Of a stretch of DNA of 64,000 bases, positions 34,475-47,900 are shown one piece after another (positions within the stretch are counted from its first letter, which is position 1; each line of letters begins with the position of its first letter). The notes below the pieces were generated by a model. It was not told where the DNA came from and searched no databases. It was given only the letters and a program-made list of their open reading frames with translations. A program made the position numbers and the translations under genes. The stretch covers positions 62,001 through 126,000 of the forward strand of contig JAUCBJ010009144.1 in assembly GCA_032718475.1 (NCBI GenBank), written 5' to 3'. The stretch comes from Nemertoderma westbladi. Taxonomy: Eukaryota; Animalia; Xenacoelomorpha.

Positions 34475-36026
34475 CCCTATTAAACCCGGGGGGGGGTCAA
34501 TATGACCCCTCCCATGGTTTTTTTATTATAATTCTGAAACAAACGCAGTTGGGAATCTGAAATTTTATGACTTTTCCTAAAAATCTATTGTCTTCCTAGT
34601 AGTGAAAACCGTTTTCAAAAATATTGGGTACTTTTCGAGTTATAGCACCATTTTTTAACCCTACTTTTGGCACTTTTTTTGAGACGTTTTTTGAAAATTA
34701 CATTTCATTAAATATGAATTGTAACATCTCTATTTTTGATTTACACCGGTTTTTTGGTGTTAGAAATTTGATGGAATTCATATCAATTGATTTAGAAATT
34801 TCAAACTTGTATTTTTCGGCGGGTACCAAATTTTGGTGCCAGCACCAAATTTTGAAATAAGTCAATTTTGTAAATTGAACGTTTGAAACTTGTTTTTTAC
34901 GCAATTGGGGTTTTTTGGGTTTCTGGATTCGATGAAATATATACGAGTTGCACCAAGCGTATCAAACTTGTATTTTTCGGTGCTGTGTGCAAATTTTGGT
35001 GCTAGCACGAAATTTTGAAAATCCATTCAATAGATAAAATTGCTTGTGACAATTTATTTCTTGCGTTTTAGAGGTTTATGGCTGTTCTGAATTCAATGGA
35101 AAATATAATTATCGAACTAGACATCTCAAACTTGTATTTTTCGGATGTGGGTGCAAAATGTGGTGCTAGCACCAAATTTTGAAAACCATCAAATATATCA
35201 ATTGATTGTGTCACCTTGTTTCTTGCGTTATACGGGTTTGTGATGGTTCTGAATTCAATGGAATCAGTAAAAATTTCATAAGAGTTCTCAAACTTGTATT
35301 TTTCGCCGGTGGGTGAAAATTGTTGTGCCAGCACCAAATTTTGGAAAATATGCAAATTGATAAGTAGATAGTATCACCTTGTTTCTTGCGTTATACGGGT
35401 TTATGAGGGTCCTGAATCCGATGGAATCAATAAAAACAGCACTGGACATCGCAAACTTGTACTTTTTGGTGATGGGTACGAAATTTGGTGCTAGCACCAA
35501 AATTTGCCAAATTACGCCGAAAAATACAAGTAGCAATGATCTGGCAGATTAGAAATGTATTCCATTAGAATCAGCACCCTCGAAAACCTGAAAATGTGAA
35601 TTTATGGCATCGTATAAGTGAATTAAAAATTTTGTGTTCTAACTGAAAAGTGCTGGTTACTTGTTTTTTTCATTTTTTTCCTACGCAGAGAGGACTAAAC
35701 AGCCATTTATAGTAATCATATCATTTTTTAATATTTTCCAATGTATTTTGCACCCCAGAAAACCTGTATTGAAAAATAATTAGCCGAAAATGTAACTTTC
35801 AAATTTGGTGAAAATTGTGCACTACTTGTAATTTTGGTGCTGCAATATAACCACCCCAGTACATTTTTTCGAAAATTTTTTTTTTCGGTCGGATCCAGAC
35901 AAGTGAGACCTACGTACAAACAAAAAATCAGACGTTTTCGTAAATATTTCTAGATTTTAGAGGGGGGGGTCAATATGACCCCCCCCCGGTATTTGTACAA
36001 CATTTTATAGCCCGGTACTAATAGGG
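34475..36026. mobile_element. Non-autonomous piggyBac-type element, family B, 1552 bp
   Basis: TTAA TSD at 34471-74 and 36027-30. Termini CCCTATTA...TAATAGGG. GGGGTCAATATGACCCC palindrome near both ends. Five internal ~162-bp diverged repeats (caaacttgta at 34802, 34963, 35127, 35289 and 35452). Confidence 0.93.
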
Positions 36027-38045
36027 TTAAATCCATGTCAAAATCCTTGTTATTTTTCTGCAATAATTTATCAAAATATCCTCTGATTTTTTTCAAATAC
36101 CATATCAATTTTCATATTTATAACTTCTATCCCACTCCACGAGATAAAGAATCTTAAATGAAAGTCAAAAGAACAGGTAACACTGACATTTATAGAAGTA
36201 ATCAGCTGTTATTTGCTACGTCTTTCCACTGGAGATGGATGAATTTTGATTGCGTCAGAACACCCCCTATCTGTGGCTGTCTGAGTTGAGAGATAAGTAG
36301 CCTATATCCCTATTAATATTGTTGTGTTCTAGAATATTTATTATAGTTTCATCGTATTGCTAAAGTGGCAGGAGCTAAAGTTATTATGTAATGCAATATT
36401 TTACCTCAAATATCTCAGCTATTTCATGAAAATAATGAAGTATTAAAGCCATGTCAAAATCCTTGGTGTTTTTCTGCAATAATTTATCAAAATATCCTCT
36501 GATTTTTTACAAAAACCATATCGATTGTCATATTTATAACTTCTATCCCACTCCATGAGATAGAGAATCTTAAATGAACGTCAAAAGAACAGGTAACACT
36601 TACATTTATAGAAGTAATCAGCTGTTATTTGCTGTGTCTTTCTGCTGGAGATGGATGAATTTTGATTGCGTTGGAACACCCCCTATCTGTGGCTGTCTGA
36701 GTGGAGAGATAAGTAGCCTATCTCCCTGTTAATATTGTTGTGTTCTAGAATATTTTTTATAGTTTCATCGTATTGCCAAAGTTACTAGACCTGAAGTTAA
36801 CTCATAATACAATAATTCACCTCAAATATCTCAGCTATTTGATGAACATAATGAAGTATTAAAGCCATGTCAAAATCCTTGGTATTTTTCTGCAATAATT
36901 TATCAAAATATCCTCTGATTCTTTACTATAACCATATCGATTTTAATATTTATAACTTCTAACCCACTCCACGAGATAGATAATCTTAAATCAAAATCAA
37001 AAGAACAGGTAACACTTACATTTATAGATGTAATCAGTTGTTATTTGCTACGTCTTTCCGCTGGAGATGGATGAATTTTGATTGTGTCAGAACACCCCCT
37101 ATCTGTGGCTTTCTGAGTGGAGAGATAAGTAGCCTATCTCCCTATTAATATTGTTGTGTTCTAGAATATTTTTTATAGTTTCATCGTATTGCCAAAGTGA
37201 CTAGAGCTGAAGTTGTCTCATAATACAATAATTCACCTCAAATATCTCAGCTATTTCATGAACATAGTGAAGTATTAAATCCCTGTCAAAATCCTTGGTA
37301 TTTTTCTGCAATAATTTATCAAAATATCCTATAACCATATCGATTTTAATATTTATAACTTCTAACCCACTCCACGAGATAGATAATCTTAAATGAAAAT
37401 CAAAAGAACAGGTAACACTTACATTTATAGAAGTAATCAGCTGTTATTTGCTACGTCTTTCCGCTGGAGATGGATGAATTTTGATTGTGTCAGAACACCC
37501 CCTATCTGTGGCTGTCTGAGTGGAGAGATAAGTAGCCTATCTCCCTGTTAATATTGTTGTGTTCTAGAATATTTATTATTGTTTCATCGTATTGCTAAAG
37601 TGGCTGGAGCTAAAATTATTTCATGAACATAATGAAGTATTAAAGCCATGTCAAAATAATTGGTGTTTTTCTGCAATAATTTATCAAAATATCCTATAAC
37701 CATATCGATTTTAATATTTATAACTTCTAACCCACTCCACGAGATAGATAATCTTAAATGAAAATCAAAAGAACAGGTAACACTTACATTTATAGAAGTA
37801 ATCAGCTGTTATTTGCTACGTCTTTCCGCTGGAGATGGATGAATTTTGATTGTGTCAGAACACCCCTATCTGTGGCTGTCTGAGTTGAGAGATAAGTAGC
37901 CAATCTCCCTATTAATATTGTTGTGTTCTAGAATATTTATTATAGTTTCATCGCATTGCTAAAGTGGCTGGAGCTAAAGTTATTATGTAATGCAATAATT
38001 GACCTCAAATATCTCAGCTATTTCATGAACATAATGAAGTATTAA

Positions 38046-39597
38046 CCCTATTAAACCCGGGGGGGGGTCAATATGACCCCTCCCATGGTTTTTTTATTAT
38101 AATTCTGAAACAAACGCAGTTGGGAATCTGAAATTTTATGACTTTTCCTAAAAATCTATTGTCTTCCTAGTAGTGAAAACCGTTTTCAAAAATATTGGGT
38201 ACTTTTCGAGTTATAGCACCATTTTTTAACCCTACTTTTGGCACTTTTTTTGAGACGTTTTTTGAAAATTACATTTCATTAAATATGAATTGTAACATCT
38301 CTATTTTTGATTTACACCGGTTTTTTGGTGTTAGAAATTTGATGGAATTCATATCAATTGATTTAGAAATTTCAAACTTGTATTTTTCGGCGGGTACCAA
38401 ATTTTGGTGCCAGCACCAAATTTTGAAATAAGTCAATTTTGTAAATTGAACGTTTGAAACTTGTTTTTTACGCAATTGGGGTTTTTTGGGTTTCTGGATT
38501 CGATGAAATATATACGAGTTGCACCAAGCGTATCAAACTTGTATTTTTCGGTGCTGTGTGCAAATTTTGGTGCTAGCACGAAATTTTGAAAATCCATTCA
38601 ATAGATAAAATTGCTTGTGACAATTTATTTCTTGCGTTTTAGAGGTTTATGGCTGTTCTGAATTCAATGGAAAATATAATTATCGAACTAGACATCTCAA
38701 ACTTGTATTTTTCGGATGTGGGTGCAAAATGTGGTGCTAGCACCAAATTTTGAAAACCATCAAATATATCAATTGATTGTGTCACCTTGTTTCTTGCGTT
38801 ATACGGGTTTGTGATGGTTCTGAATTCAATGGAATCAGTAAAAATTTCATAAGAGTTCTCAAACTTGTATTTTTCGCCGGTGGGTGAAAATTGTTGTGCC
38901 AGCACCAAATTTTGGAAAATATGCAAATTGATAAGTAGATAGTATCACCTTGTTTCTTGCGTTATACGGGTTTATGAGGGTCCTGAATCCGATGGAATCA
39001 ATAAAAACAGCACTGGACATCGCAAACTTGTACTTTTTGGTGATGGGTACGAAATTTGGTGCTAGCACCAAAATTTGCCAAATTACGCCGAAAAATACAA
39101 GTAGCAATGATCTGGCAGATTAGAAATGTATTCCATTAGAATCAGCACCCTCGAAAACCTGAAAATGTGAATTTATGGCATCGTATAAGTGAATTAAAAA
39201 TTTTGTGTTCTAACTGAAAAGTGCTGGTTACTTGTTTTTTTCATTTTTTTCCTACGCAGAGAGGACTAAACAGCCATTTATAGTAATCATATCATTTTTT
39301 AATATTTTCCAATGTATTTTGCACCCCAGAAAACCTGTATTGAAAAATAATTAGCCGAAAATGTAACTTTCAAATTTGGTGAAAATTGTGCACTACTTGT
39401 AATTTTGGTGCTGCAATATAACCACCCCAGTACATTTTTTCGAAAATTTTTTTTTTCGGTCGGATCCAGACAAGTGAGACCTACGTACAAACAAAAAATC
39501 AGACGTTTTCGTAAATATTTCTAGATTTTAGAGGGGGGGGTCAATATGACCCCCCCCCGGTATTTGTACAACATTTTATAGCCCGGTACTAATAGGG
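38046..39597. mobile_element. Family B piggyBac-type element, second copy, produced by tandem duplication of the flanking array
   Basis: Looks identical to 34475-36026 at offset 3571, with the same flanking monomer variants on both sides. Confidence 0.93.
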
Positions 39598-41856
39598 TTA
39601 AATCCATGTCAAAATCCTTGTTATTTTTCTGCAATAATTTATCAAAATATCCTCTGATTTTTTTCAAATACCATATCAATTTTCATATTTATAACTTCTA
39701 TCCCACTCCACGAGATAAAGAATCTTAAATGAAAGTCAAAAGAACAGGTAACACTGACATTTATAGAAGTAATCAGCTGTTATTTGCTACGTCTTTCCAC
39801 TGGAGATGGATGAATTTTGATTGCGTCAGAACACCCCCTATCTGTGGCTGTCTGAGTTGAGAGATAAGTAGCCTATATCCCTATTAATATTGTTGTGTTC
39901 TAGAATATTTATTATAGTTTCATCGTATTGCTAAAGTGGCAGGAGCTAAAGTTATTATGTAATGCAATATTTTACCTCAAATATCTCAGCTATTTCATGA
40001 AAATAATGAAGTATTAAAGCCATGTCAAAATCCTTGGTGTTTTTCTGCAATAATTTATCAAAATATCCTCTGATTTTTTACAAAAACCATATCGATTGTC
40101 ATATTTATAACTTCTATCCCACTCCATGAGATAGAGAATCTTAAATGAACGTCAAAAGAACAGGTAACACTTACATTTATAGAAGTAATCAGTTGTTATT
40201 TGCTACGTCTTTCCGCTGGAGATGGATGAATTTTGATTGTGTCAGAACACCCCCTATCTGTGGCTTTCTGAGTGGAGAGATAAGTAGCCTATCTCCCTAT
40301 TAATATTGTTGTGTTCTAGAATATTTTTTATAGTTTCATCGTATTGCCAAAGTGACTAGAGCTGAAGTTGTCTCATAATACAATAATTCACCTCAAATAT
40401 CTCAGCTATTTCATGAACATAGTGAAGTATTAAATCCCTGTCAAAATCCTTGGTATTTTTCTGCAATAATTTATCAAAATATCCTCTGATTTTTTTCAAA
40501 AACCATATCAATTTTCATATTTATAACTTCTATCCCACTCCACGAGATAGAGAATCTTAAATGAACGTCAAAAGAACAGGTAACACTTACATTTATAGAA
40601 GTAATCAGCTGTTATTTGCTACGTCTTTCCGCTGGAGATGGATGAATTTTGATTGCGTTGGAACACCCCCTATCTGTGGCTTTCTGAGTGGAGAGATAAG
40701 TATCCTATCTCCCTATTAATATTGTTGTGTTCTAGAATATTCTTTATTGTTTCATCGTATTGCCAAAGTGACTAGAGCTGAAGTTAACTCATAATACAAT
40801 AATTCACCTCAAATATCTCAGCTATTTCATGAACATAATGAAGTATTAATTTAATTTTCTGCAATAATTTATCAAAATATCCTCTGATTTTTATCAAAAA
40901 CCACATCGATTTTCTTATTTATATCTTCTAACCCACTCCACGAGATAGAGAATCTTAAATGAAAGTCAAAAGAACAGGTAACACTTACATTTATAGAAGT
41001 AATCAGCTGTTATTTGCTACGTCTTTCCGCTGGAGATGGATTAATTTTGATTGTGTTGGAACACCCCCTATCTGTGGCTTTCTGGGTGGAGAGATAAGTA
41101 TCCTATCTCCCTATTAATATTGCTGTGTTCTAGAATATTTATTATTGTTTCATCGTATTGCTAAAGTGGCTGGAGCTAGAATTATTATGTAATGCAATAA
41201 TTCATTCAAAATCATTGGTGTTTTTCTGCAATAATTTATCAAAATATCCTCTGATTTTTTTCAAAAACCATATCGATTTTCATATTTATAACTTCTATCC
41301 CACTCCACGAGATAGAGAATCTTAAATGAACGTCAAAACAACAGGTAACACTTACATTTATAGAAGTAATCAGCTGTTATTTGCTACGTCTTTCAGCTGG
41401 AGATGGATGAATTTTGATTGTGTCAAAAAAAACCCTATCTGTGGCTTTCTGAGTGGAGAGATAAGTAGCCTATCTCCCAGTTAATATTGTTGTGTTCTAG
41501 AATATTTATTATAGTTTTATCGTATTGCCAAAGTGACTGGAGCTGAAGTTAACTCATAATACAATAATTCACCTCAATTTTGATTGTGTCAGAACACCCC
41601 CTATCTGTGGATGTCTGAGTGGAGAGATAAGTAGCCTATCTCCCTATTAATATTGTTGTGTTCTAGAATATTTATTATAGTTTCATCGCATTGCTAAAGT
41701 GGCTGGAGCTAAAGTTATTATGTAATGCAATAATTGACCTCAAATATCTCAGCTATTTCATGAACAACATAATGAAGTATTAAAGCCATGTCAAAATCCT
41801 TGGTATTTTTATGCAATAATTTATCAAAATATCCTCTGATTTTTTTCAAACACCAT

Positions 41857-41956
41857 NNNNNNNNNNNNNNNNNNNNNNNNNNNNNNNNNNNNNNNNNNNN
41901 NNNNNNNNNNNNNNNNNNNNNNNNNNNNNNNNNNNNNNNNNNNNNNNNNNNNNNNN
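41857..41956. other. Assembly gap (100 N, unknown true size)
   Basis: Run of exactly 100 N. Confidence 0.99.
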
Positions 41957-44900
41957 TTTGAGAAATAAGTAGCCTATCTCCCTATTAATATTGTTGTGTT
42001 CTAGAATATTTAATATAGTTTCATCGTATTGCTAAAGTGGCTGGAGCTGAAGTTGACTCATAATACAATAATTCACCTCAAATATCTCAGCTATTTCATG
42101 AACATAATGAAGTATTAAATCCATGTCAAATTCCTTGGTATTTTTCTGCAATAATTTATCAAAATATCCTCTGATTTTTTTCAAAAACCATATCAATTTT
42201 CATATTTATAACTTCTATCCCACTCCACGAGATAAAGAATCTTAAATGAAAGTCAAAAGAACAGGTAACACTTACATTTATAGAAGTAATCAGCTGTTAT
42301 TTGCTACATCTTTCCGCTGGAGATGGATGAATTTTGATTGTGTCAGAACACCCCCTATCTGTGGCTGTCTGAGTTGAGAAATAAGTAGCCTATCTCCCTA
42401 TTAATATTGTTGTGTTCTAGAATATTTATTATAGTTTCATCGTGTTGCTAAAGTGGCTGGAGCTAAAGTTATTATGTAATGCAATAATTCACCTCAAATA
42501 TCTCAGCTATTTCATGAACATAATGAAGTATTAAAGCCATGTCAAAATCCTTGGTGTTTTTCTGCAATAATTTAACAAAATATCCTCTGATTTTTTACAA
42601 AAATCATATCGATTTTCATATTTATAACTTCTATCCCACTCAACGAGATAAAGAATCTTAAATGAAAGTCAAAAGAACAGGTAACACTTACATTTATAGA
42701 AGTAATCAGCTGTTATTTGCTACGTCTTTCCGCTGGAGATGGATGAATTTTGATTGCGTTGGAACACCCCCTATCTGTGGCTGTGTGAGTGGAGAGATAA
42801 GTAGCCTATCTCCCTGTTAATATTGTTGTGTTCTAGAATATTTATTATAGTTTCATCGTATTGCCAAAGTGACTAGAGCTGAAGTTGACTCATAATACAA
42901 TAATTCACCTCAAATATCTCAGCTATTTCATGAACATAATGAAGTATTAAATCCATGTCAAAATCCTTGGTATTTTTATGCAATAATTTATCAAAATATC
43001 CTCTGATTTTTTTCAAAAACCATATCAATTTTCATATTTATAACTTCTATCCCACTCCACGAGATAAAGAATCTTAAATGAAAGTCAAAAGAACAGGTAA
43101 CACTTACATTTATAGAAGTAATCAGCTGTTATTTGCTACGTCTTTCCGCTGGAGATGGATGAATTTTGATTGTGTCAGAACACCCCCCATCTGTGGCTGT
43201 CTGATTTGAGAAATAAGTAGCCTATCTCCCTATTAATATTGTTGTGTTCTAGAATATTTAATATAGTTTCATCGTATTGCTAAAGTGGCTGGAGCTGAAG
43301 TTGACTCATAATACAATAATTCACCTCAAATATCTCAGCTATTTCATGAACATAATGAAGTATTAAATCCATGTCAAATTCCTTGGTATTTTTCTGCAAT
43401 AATTTATCAAAATATCCTCTGATTTTTTTCAAAAACCATATCAATTTTCATATTTATAACTTCTATCCCACTCCACGAGATAAAGAATCTTAAATGAAAG
43501 TCAAAAGAACAGGTAACACTTACATTTATAGAAGTAATCAGCTGTTATTTGCTACATCTTTCCGCTGGAGATGGATGAATTTTGATTGTGTCAGAACACC
43601 CCCTATCTGTGGCTGTCTGAGTTGAGAAATAAGTAGCCTATCTCCCTATTAATATTGTTGTGTTCTAGAATATTTATTATAGTTTCATCGTATTGCTAAA
43701 GTGGCTGGAGCTAAAGTTATTATGTAATGCAATAATTCACCTCAAATATCTCAGCTATTTCATGAACATAATGAAGTATTAAAGCCATGTCAAAATCCTT
43801 GGTGTTTTTCTGCAATAATTTAACAAAATATCCTCTGATTTTTTACAAAAATCATATCGATTTTCATATTTATAACTTCTATCCCACTCAACGAGATAAA
43901 GTATCTTAAATGAAAGTCAAAAGAACAGGTAACACTTACATTTATAGAAGTAATCAGCTGTTATTTGCTACGTCTTTCCGCTGGAGATGGATTAATTTTG
44001 ATTGCGTTGGAACACCCCCTATCTGTGGCTTTCTGAGTGGAGAGATAAGTATCCTATCTCCCTATTAATATTGTTGTGTTCTAGAATATTTTTTATAGTT
44101 TCATCGTATTGCCAAAGTGACTAGAGCTGAAGTTAACTCATAATACAATAATTCACCTCAAATATCTCAGCTATTTCAAGAACATAATGAAGTATTAAAT
44201 CCATGTCAAATTCCTTGGTATTTTTCTGCAATAATTTATCAAAATATCCTCTGATTTTTTTCAAAAACCATATCAATTTTCATATTAATAACTTCTATCC
44301 CACTCAACGAGATAAAGTATCTTGTTGTGTTCTAGAATATTTTTTATAGTTTCATCGTATTGCCAAAGTGACAAGAGCTGAAGTTGTCTCATAATACAAT
44401 AATTCACCTCAAATATCTCAGCTATTTCATGAACATAATGAAGTATTAAATCCATGTCAAAATCCTTGGTATTTTTCTGCAATAATTTATCAAAATATCC
44501 TCTGATTTTTTTCAAAAACCATATCAATTTTCATATTTATAACTTCTATCCCACTCCACGAGATAGAGAATCTTAAATGAACATCAAAAGAACAGGTAAC
44601 ACTTACATTTATAGAAGTAATCAGCTGTTATTTGCTACGTCTTTCCGCTGGAGATGGATGAATTTTGATTGCGTTGGAACACCCCCTATCTGTGGCTTTC
44701 TGAGTGGAGAGATAAGTATCCTATCTCCCTATTAATATTGTTGTGTTCTAGAATATTTTTTATAGTTTCATCGTATTGCCAAAGTGACTAGAGCTGAAGT
44801 TTACTCATAATACAATAATTCACCTCAAATATCTCAGCTATTTCATGAACATAATGAAGTATTAAATCCATGTCAAAATCCTTGGTATTTTTCTGCAATA

Positions 44901-47900
44901 ATTTATCAAAATATCCTCTGATTTTTTTCAAAAACCATATCAATTTTCATATTTATAACTTCTATCCCACTCCACGAGATAGAGAATCTTAAATGAACAT
45001 CAAAAGAACAGGTAACACTTACATTTATAGAAGTAATCAGCTGTTATTTGCTACGTCTTTCCGCTGGGGAAGGATGAATTTTGATTGCGTTGGAACACCC
45101 CCTATCTGTGGCTTTCTGAGTGGAGAGATAAGTATCCTATCTCCCTATTAATATTGTTGTGTTCTGGAATATTTTTTATAGTTTCATCGTATTGCCAAAG
45201 TGACTAGAGCTGAAGTTTACTCATAATACAATAATTCACCTCAAATATCTCAGCTATTTCATGAACATAATGAAGTATTAAATCCATGTCAAAATAATTG
45301 GTGTTTTTCTGCAATAATTTATCAAAATATCCTCTGATTCTTTACTATAACCATATCGATTTTAATATTTATAACTTCTAACCCACTCCACGAGATAGAT
45401 AATCTTAAATGAAAATCAAAAGAACAGGTAACACTTACATTTATAGAAGTAATCAGCTGTTATTTGCTACGTCTTTCCGCTGAAGATGAATGAATTTTGA
45501 TTGTGTCAGAAAACCCCCTATCTGTGGTTGTATGAGTTGAGAGATAAGTAGCCTATCTCCCTATTAATATTGTTGTGTTCTAGAATATTTATTATAGTTT
45601 CATCGCATTGCTAAAGTGGCTGGAGCTAAAGTTATTATGTAATGCAATAATTCACCTCAAATATCTCAGCTATTTCATGAACATAATGAAGTATTAAATC
45701 CATGTCAAAATCCTTGGTATTTTTCTGCAATAATTTATCAAAATATCCTCTGATTTTTTTCAAAAACCATATCAATTTTCATATTTATAACTTCTATCCC
45801 ACTCCACGAGATAAAGAATCATAAATGAAAGTCAAAAGAACAGGTAACACTTACATTTATAGAAGTAATCAGCTGTTATTTGCTACGTCTTTCCGCTGGA
45901 GATGGATGAATTTTGATTGTGTCAGAACACCCCCTATCTGTGGCTGTCTGAGTGGAGAGATAAGTATAGCCTATCTCCCTGTTAATATTGTTGTGTTCTA
46001 GAATATTTAATATAGTTTCATCGTATTGCCAAAGTGACTAGAGCTGAAGTTGACTCATAATACAATAATTCACCTCAAATATCTCAGCTATTTCATGAAC
46101 ATAATGAAGTATTAAATCCATGTCAAAATCCTTGGTATTTTTCTGCAATAATTTATCAAAATATCCTCTGATTTTTTTAAAAAACCATATCAATTTTCAT
46201 ATTTATAACTTCTATCCCACTCCACGAGATAGAGAATCTTAAATGAACGTCAAAAGAACAGGTAACACTTACATTTATAGAAGTAATCAGCTGTTATTTG
46301 CTACGTCTTTCCGCTGGAGATGGATGAATTTTGATTGCGTTGGAACACCCCCTATCTGTGGCTTTCTGGGTGGAGAGATAAGTATCCTATCTCCCTATTA
46401 ATATTGCTGTGTTCTAGAATATTTATTATTGTTTCATCGTATTGCTAAAGTCGCTGGAGCTAAAATTATTATGTAATGCAATAATTCAGCTCAAATATCT
46501 CAGCTATTTCATGAACATAATGAAGTATTAAAGCCATGTCAAAATAATTGGTGTTTTTCTGCAATAATTTATCAAAATATCCTCTGATTCTTTACTATAA
46601 CCATATCGATTTTAATATTTATAACTTCTAACCCACTCCACGAGATAGATAATCTTAAATGAAAATCAAAAGAACAGGTAACACTTACATTTATAGAAGT
46701 AATCAGCTGTTATTTGCTACGTCTTTCCGCTGTTAGATGGATGAATTTTGATTGTGTCAGAACACCCCTATCTGTGGCTGTCTGAGTTGAGAGATAAGTA
46801 GCCTATCTCCCTATTAATATTGTTGTGTTCTAGAATATTTATTATAGTTTCATCGCATTGCTAAAGTGGCTGGAGCTAAAGTTATTATGTAATGCAATAA
46901 TTGACCTCAAATATCTCAGCTATTTCATGAACATAATGAAGTATTAAATCCATGTCAAAATCCTTGTTATTTTTCTGCAATAATTTATCAAAATATCCTC
47001 TGATTTTTTTCAAAAACCATATCAATTTTCATATTTATAACTTCTATCCCACTCCACGAGATAAAGTATCTTAAATGAAAGTCAAAAGAACAGGTAACAC
47101 TTACATTTATAGAAGTAATCAGCTGTTATTTGCTACGTCTTTCCGCTGGAGATGGATTAATTTTGATTGCGTTGGAACACCCCCTATCTGTGGCTTTCTG
47201 AGTGGAGAGATAAGTATCCTATCTCCCTATTAATATTGTTGTGTTCTAGAATATTTTTTATAGTTTCATCGTATTGCCAAAGTGACTAGAGCTGAAGTTA
47301 ACTCATAATACAATAATTCACCTCAAATATCTCAGCTATTTCATGAACATAATGAAGTATTAAAGCCATGTCAAAATCATTGGTGTTTTTCTGCAATAAT
47401 TTATCAAAATATCCTCTGATTTTTTTCAAAAACCACATCGATTTTCTTATTTATAACTTCTATCCCACTCCACGAGATAGAGAATCTTAAATGAACGTCA
47501 AAAGAACAGGTAACACTTACATTTATAGCAGTAATCAGCTGTTATTTGCTACGTCTTTCCGTAGGAGATGGATGAATTTTGATTGCGTTGGAACACCCCC
47601 TATCTGTGGCTGTCTGAGTGGAGAGATAAGTAGCCTATCTCCCTGTTAATATTGTTGTGTTCTAGAATATTTATTATAGTTTCATCGTATTGCCAAAGTG
47701 ACTAGAGCTGAAGTTGACTCATAATACAATAATTCACCTCAAATATCTCAGCTATTTCAAGAACATAATGAAGTATTAAATCCATGTCAAATTCCTTGGT
47801 ATTTTTCTGCAATAATTTATCAAAATATCCTCTGATTTTTTTCAAAAACCATATCAATTTTCATATTAATAACTTCTATCCCACTCAACGAGATAAAGTA

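Larger units (their letters stand above)
33100..40190. repeat. ~3571-bp tandem duplication (about 5 monomers plus the family B element); boundaries approximate
   Basis: The ORF-track products repeat at an offset of exactly 3571. Private variants (aacatagtgaag, aatatcctataacc deletion, aaattatttcatg deletion, cactgacatt, cgattgtcat) appear twice. Confidence 0.88.

Noticed and set aside
34624-35919. Small ORFs inside the piggyBac-type elements (also 12342, 38195-39490, 54666)
   Set aside because: They are short, built from internal repeats and show no DDD transposase similarity.
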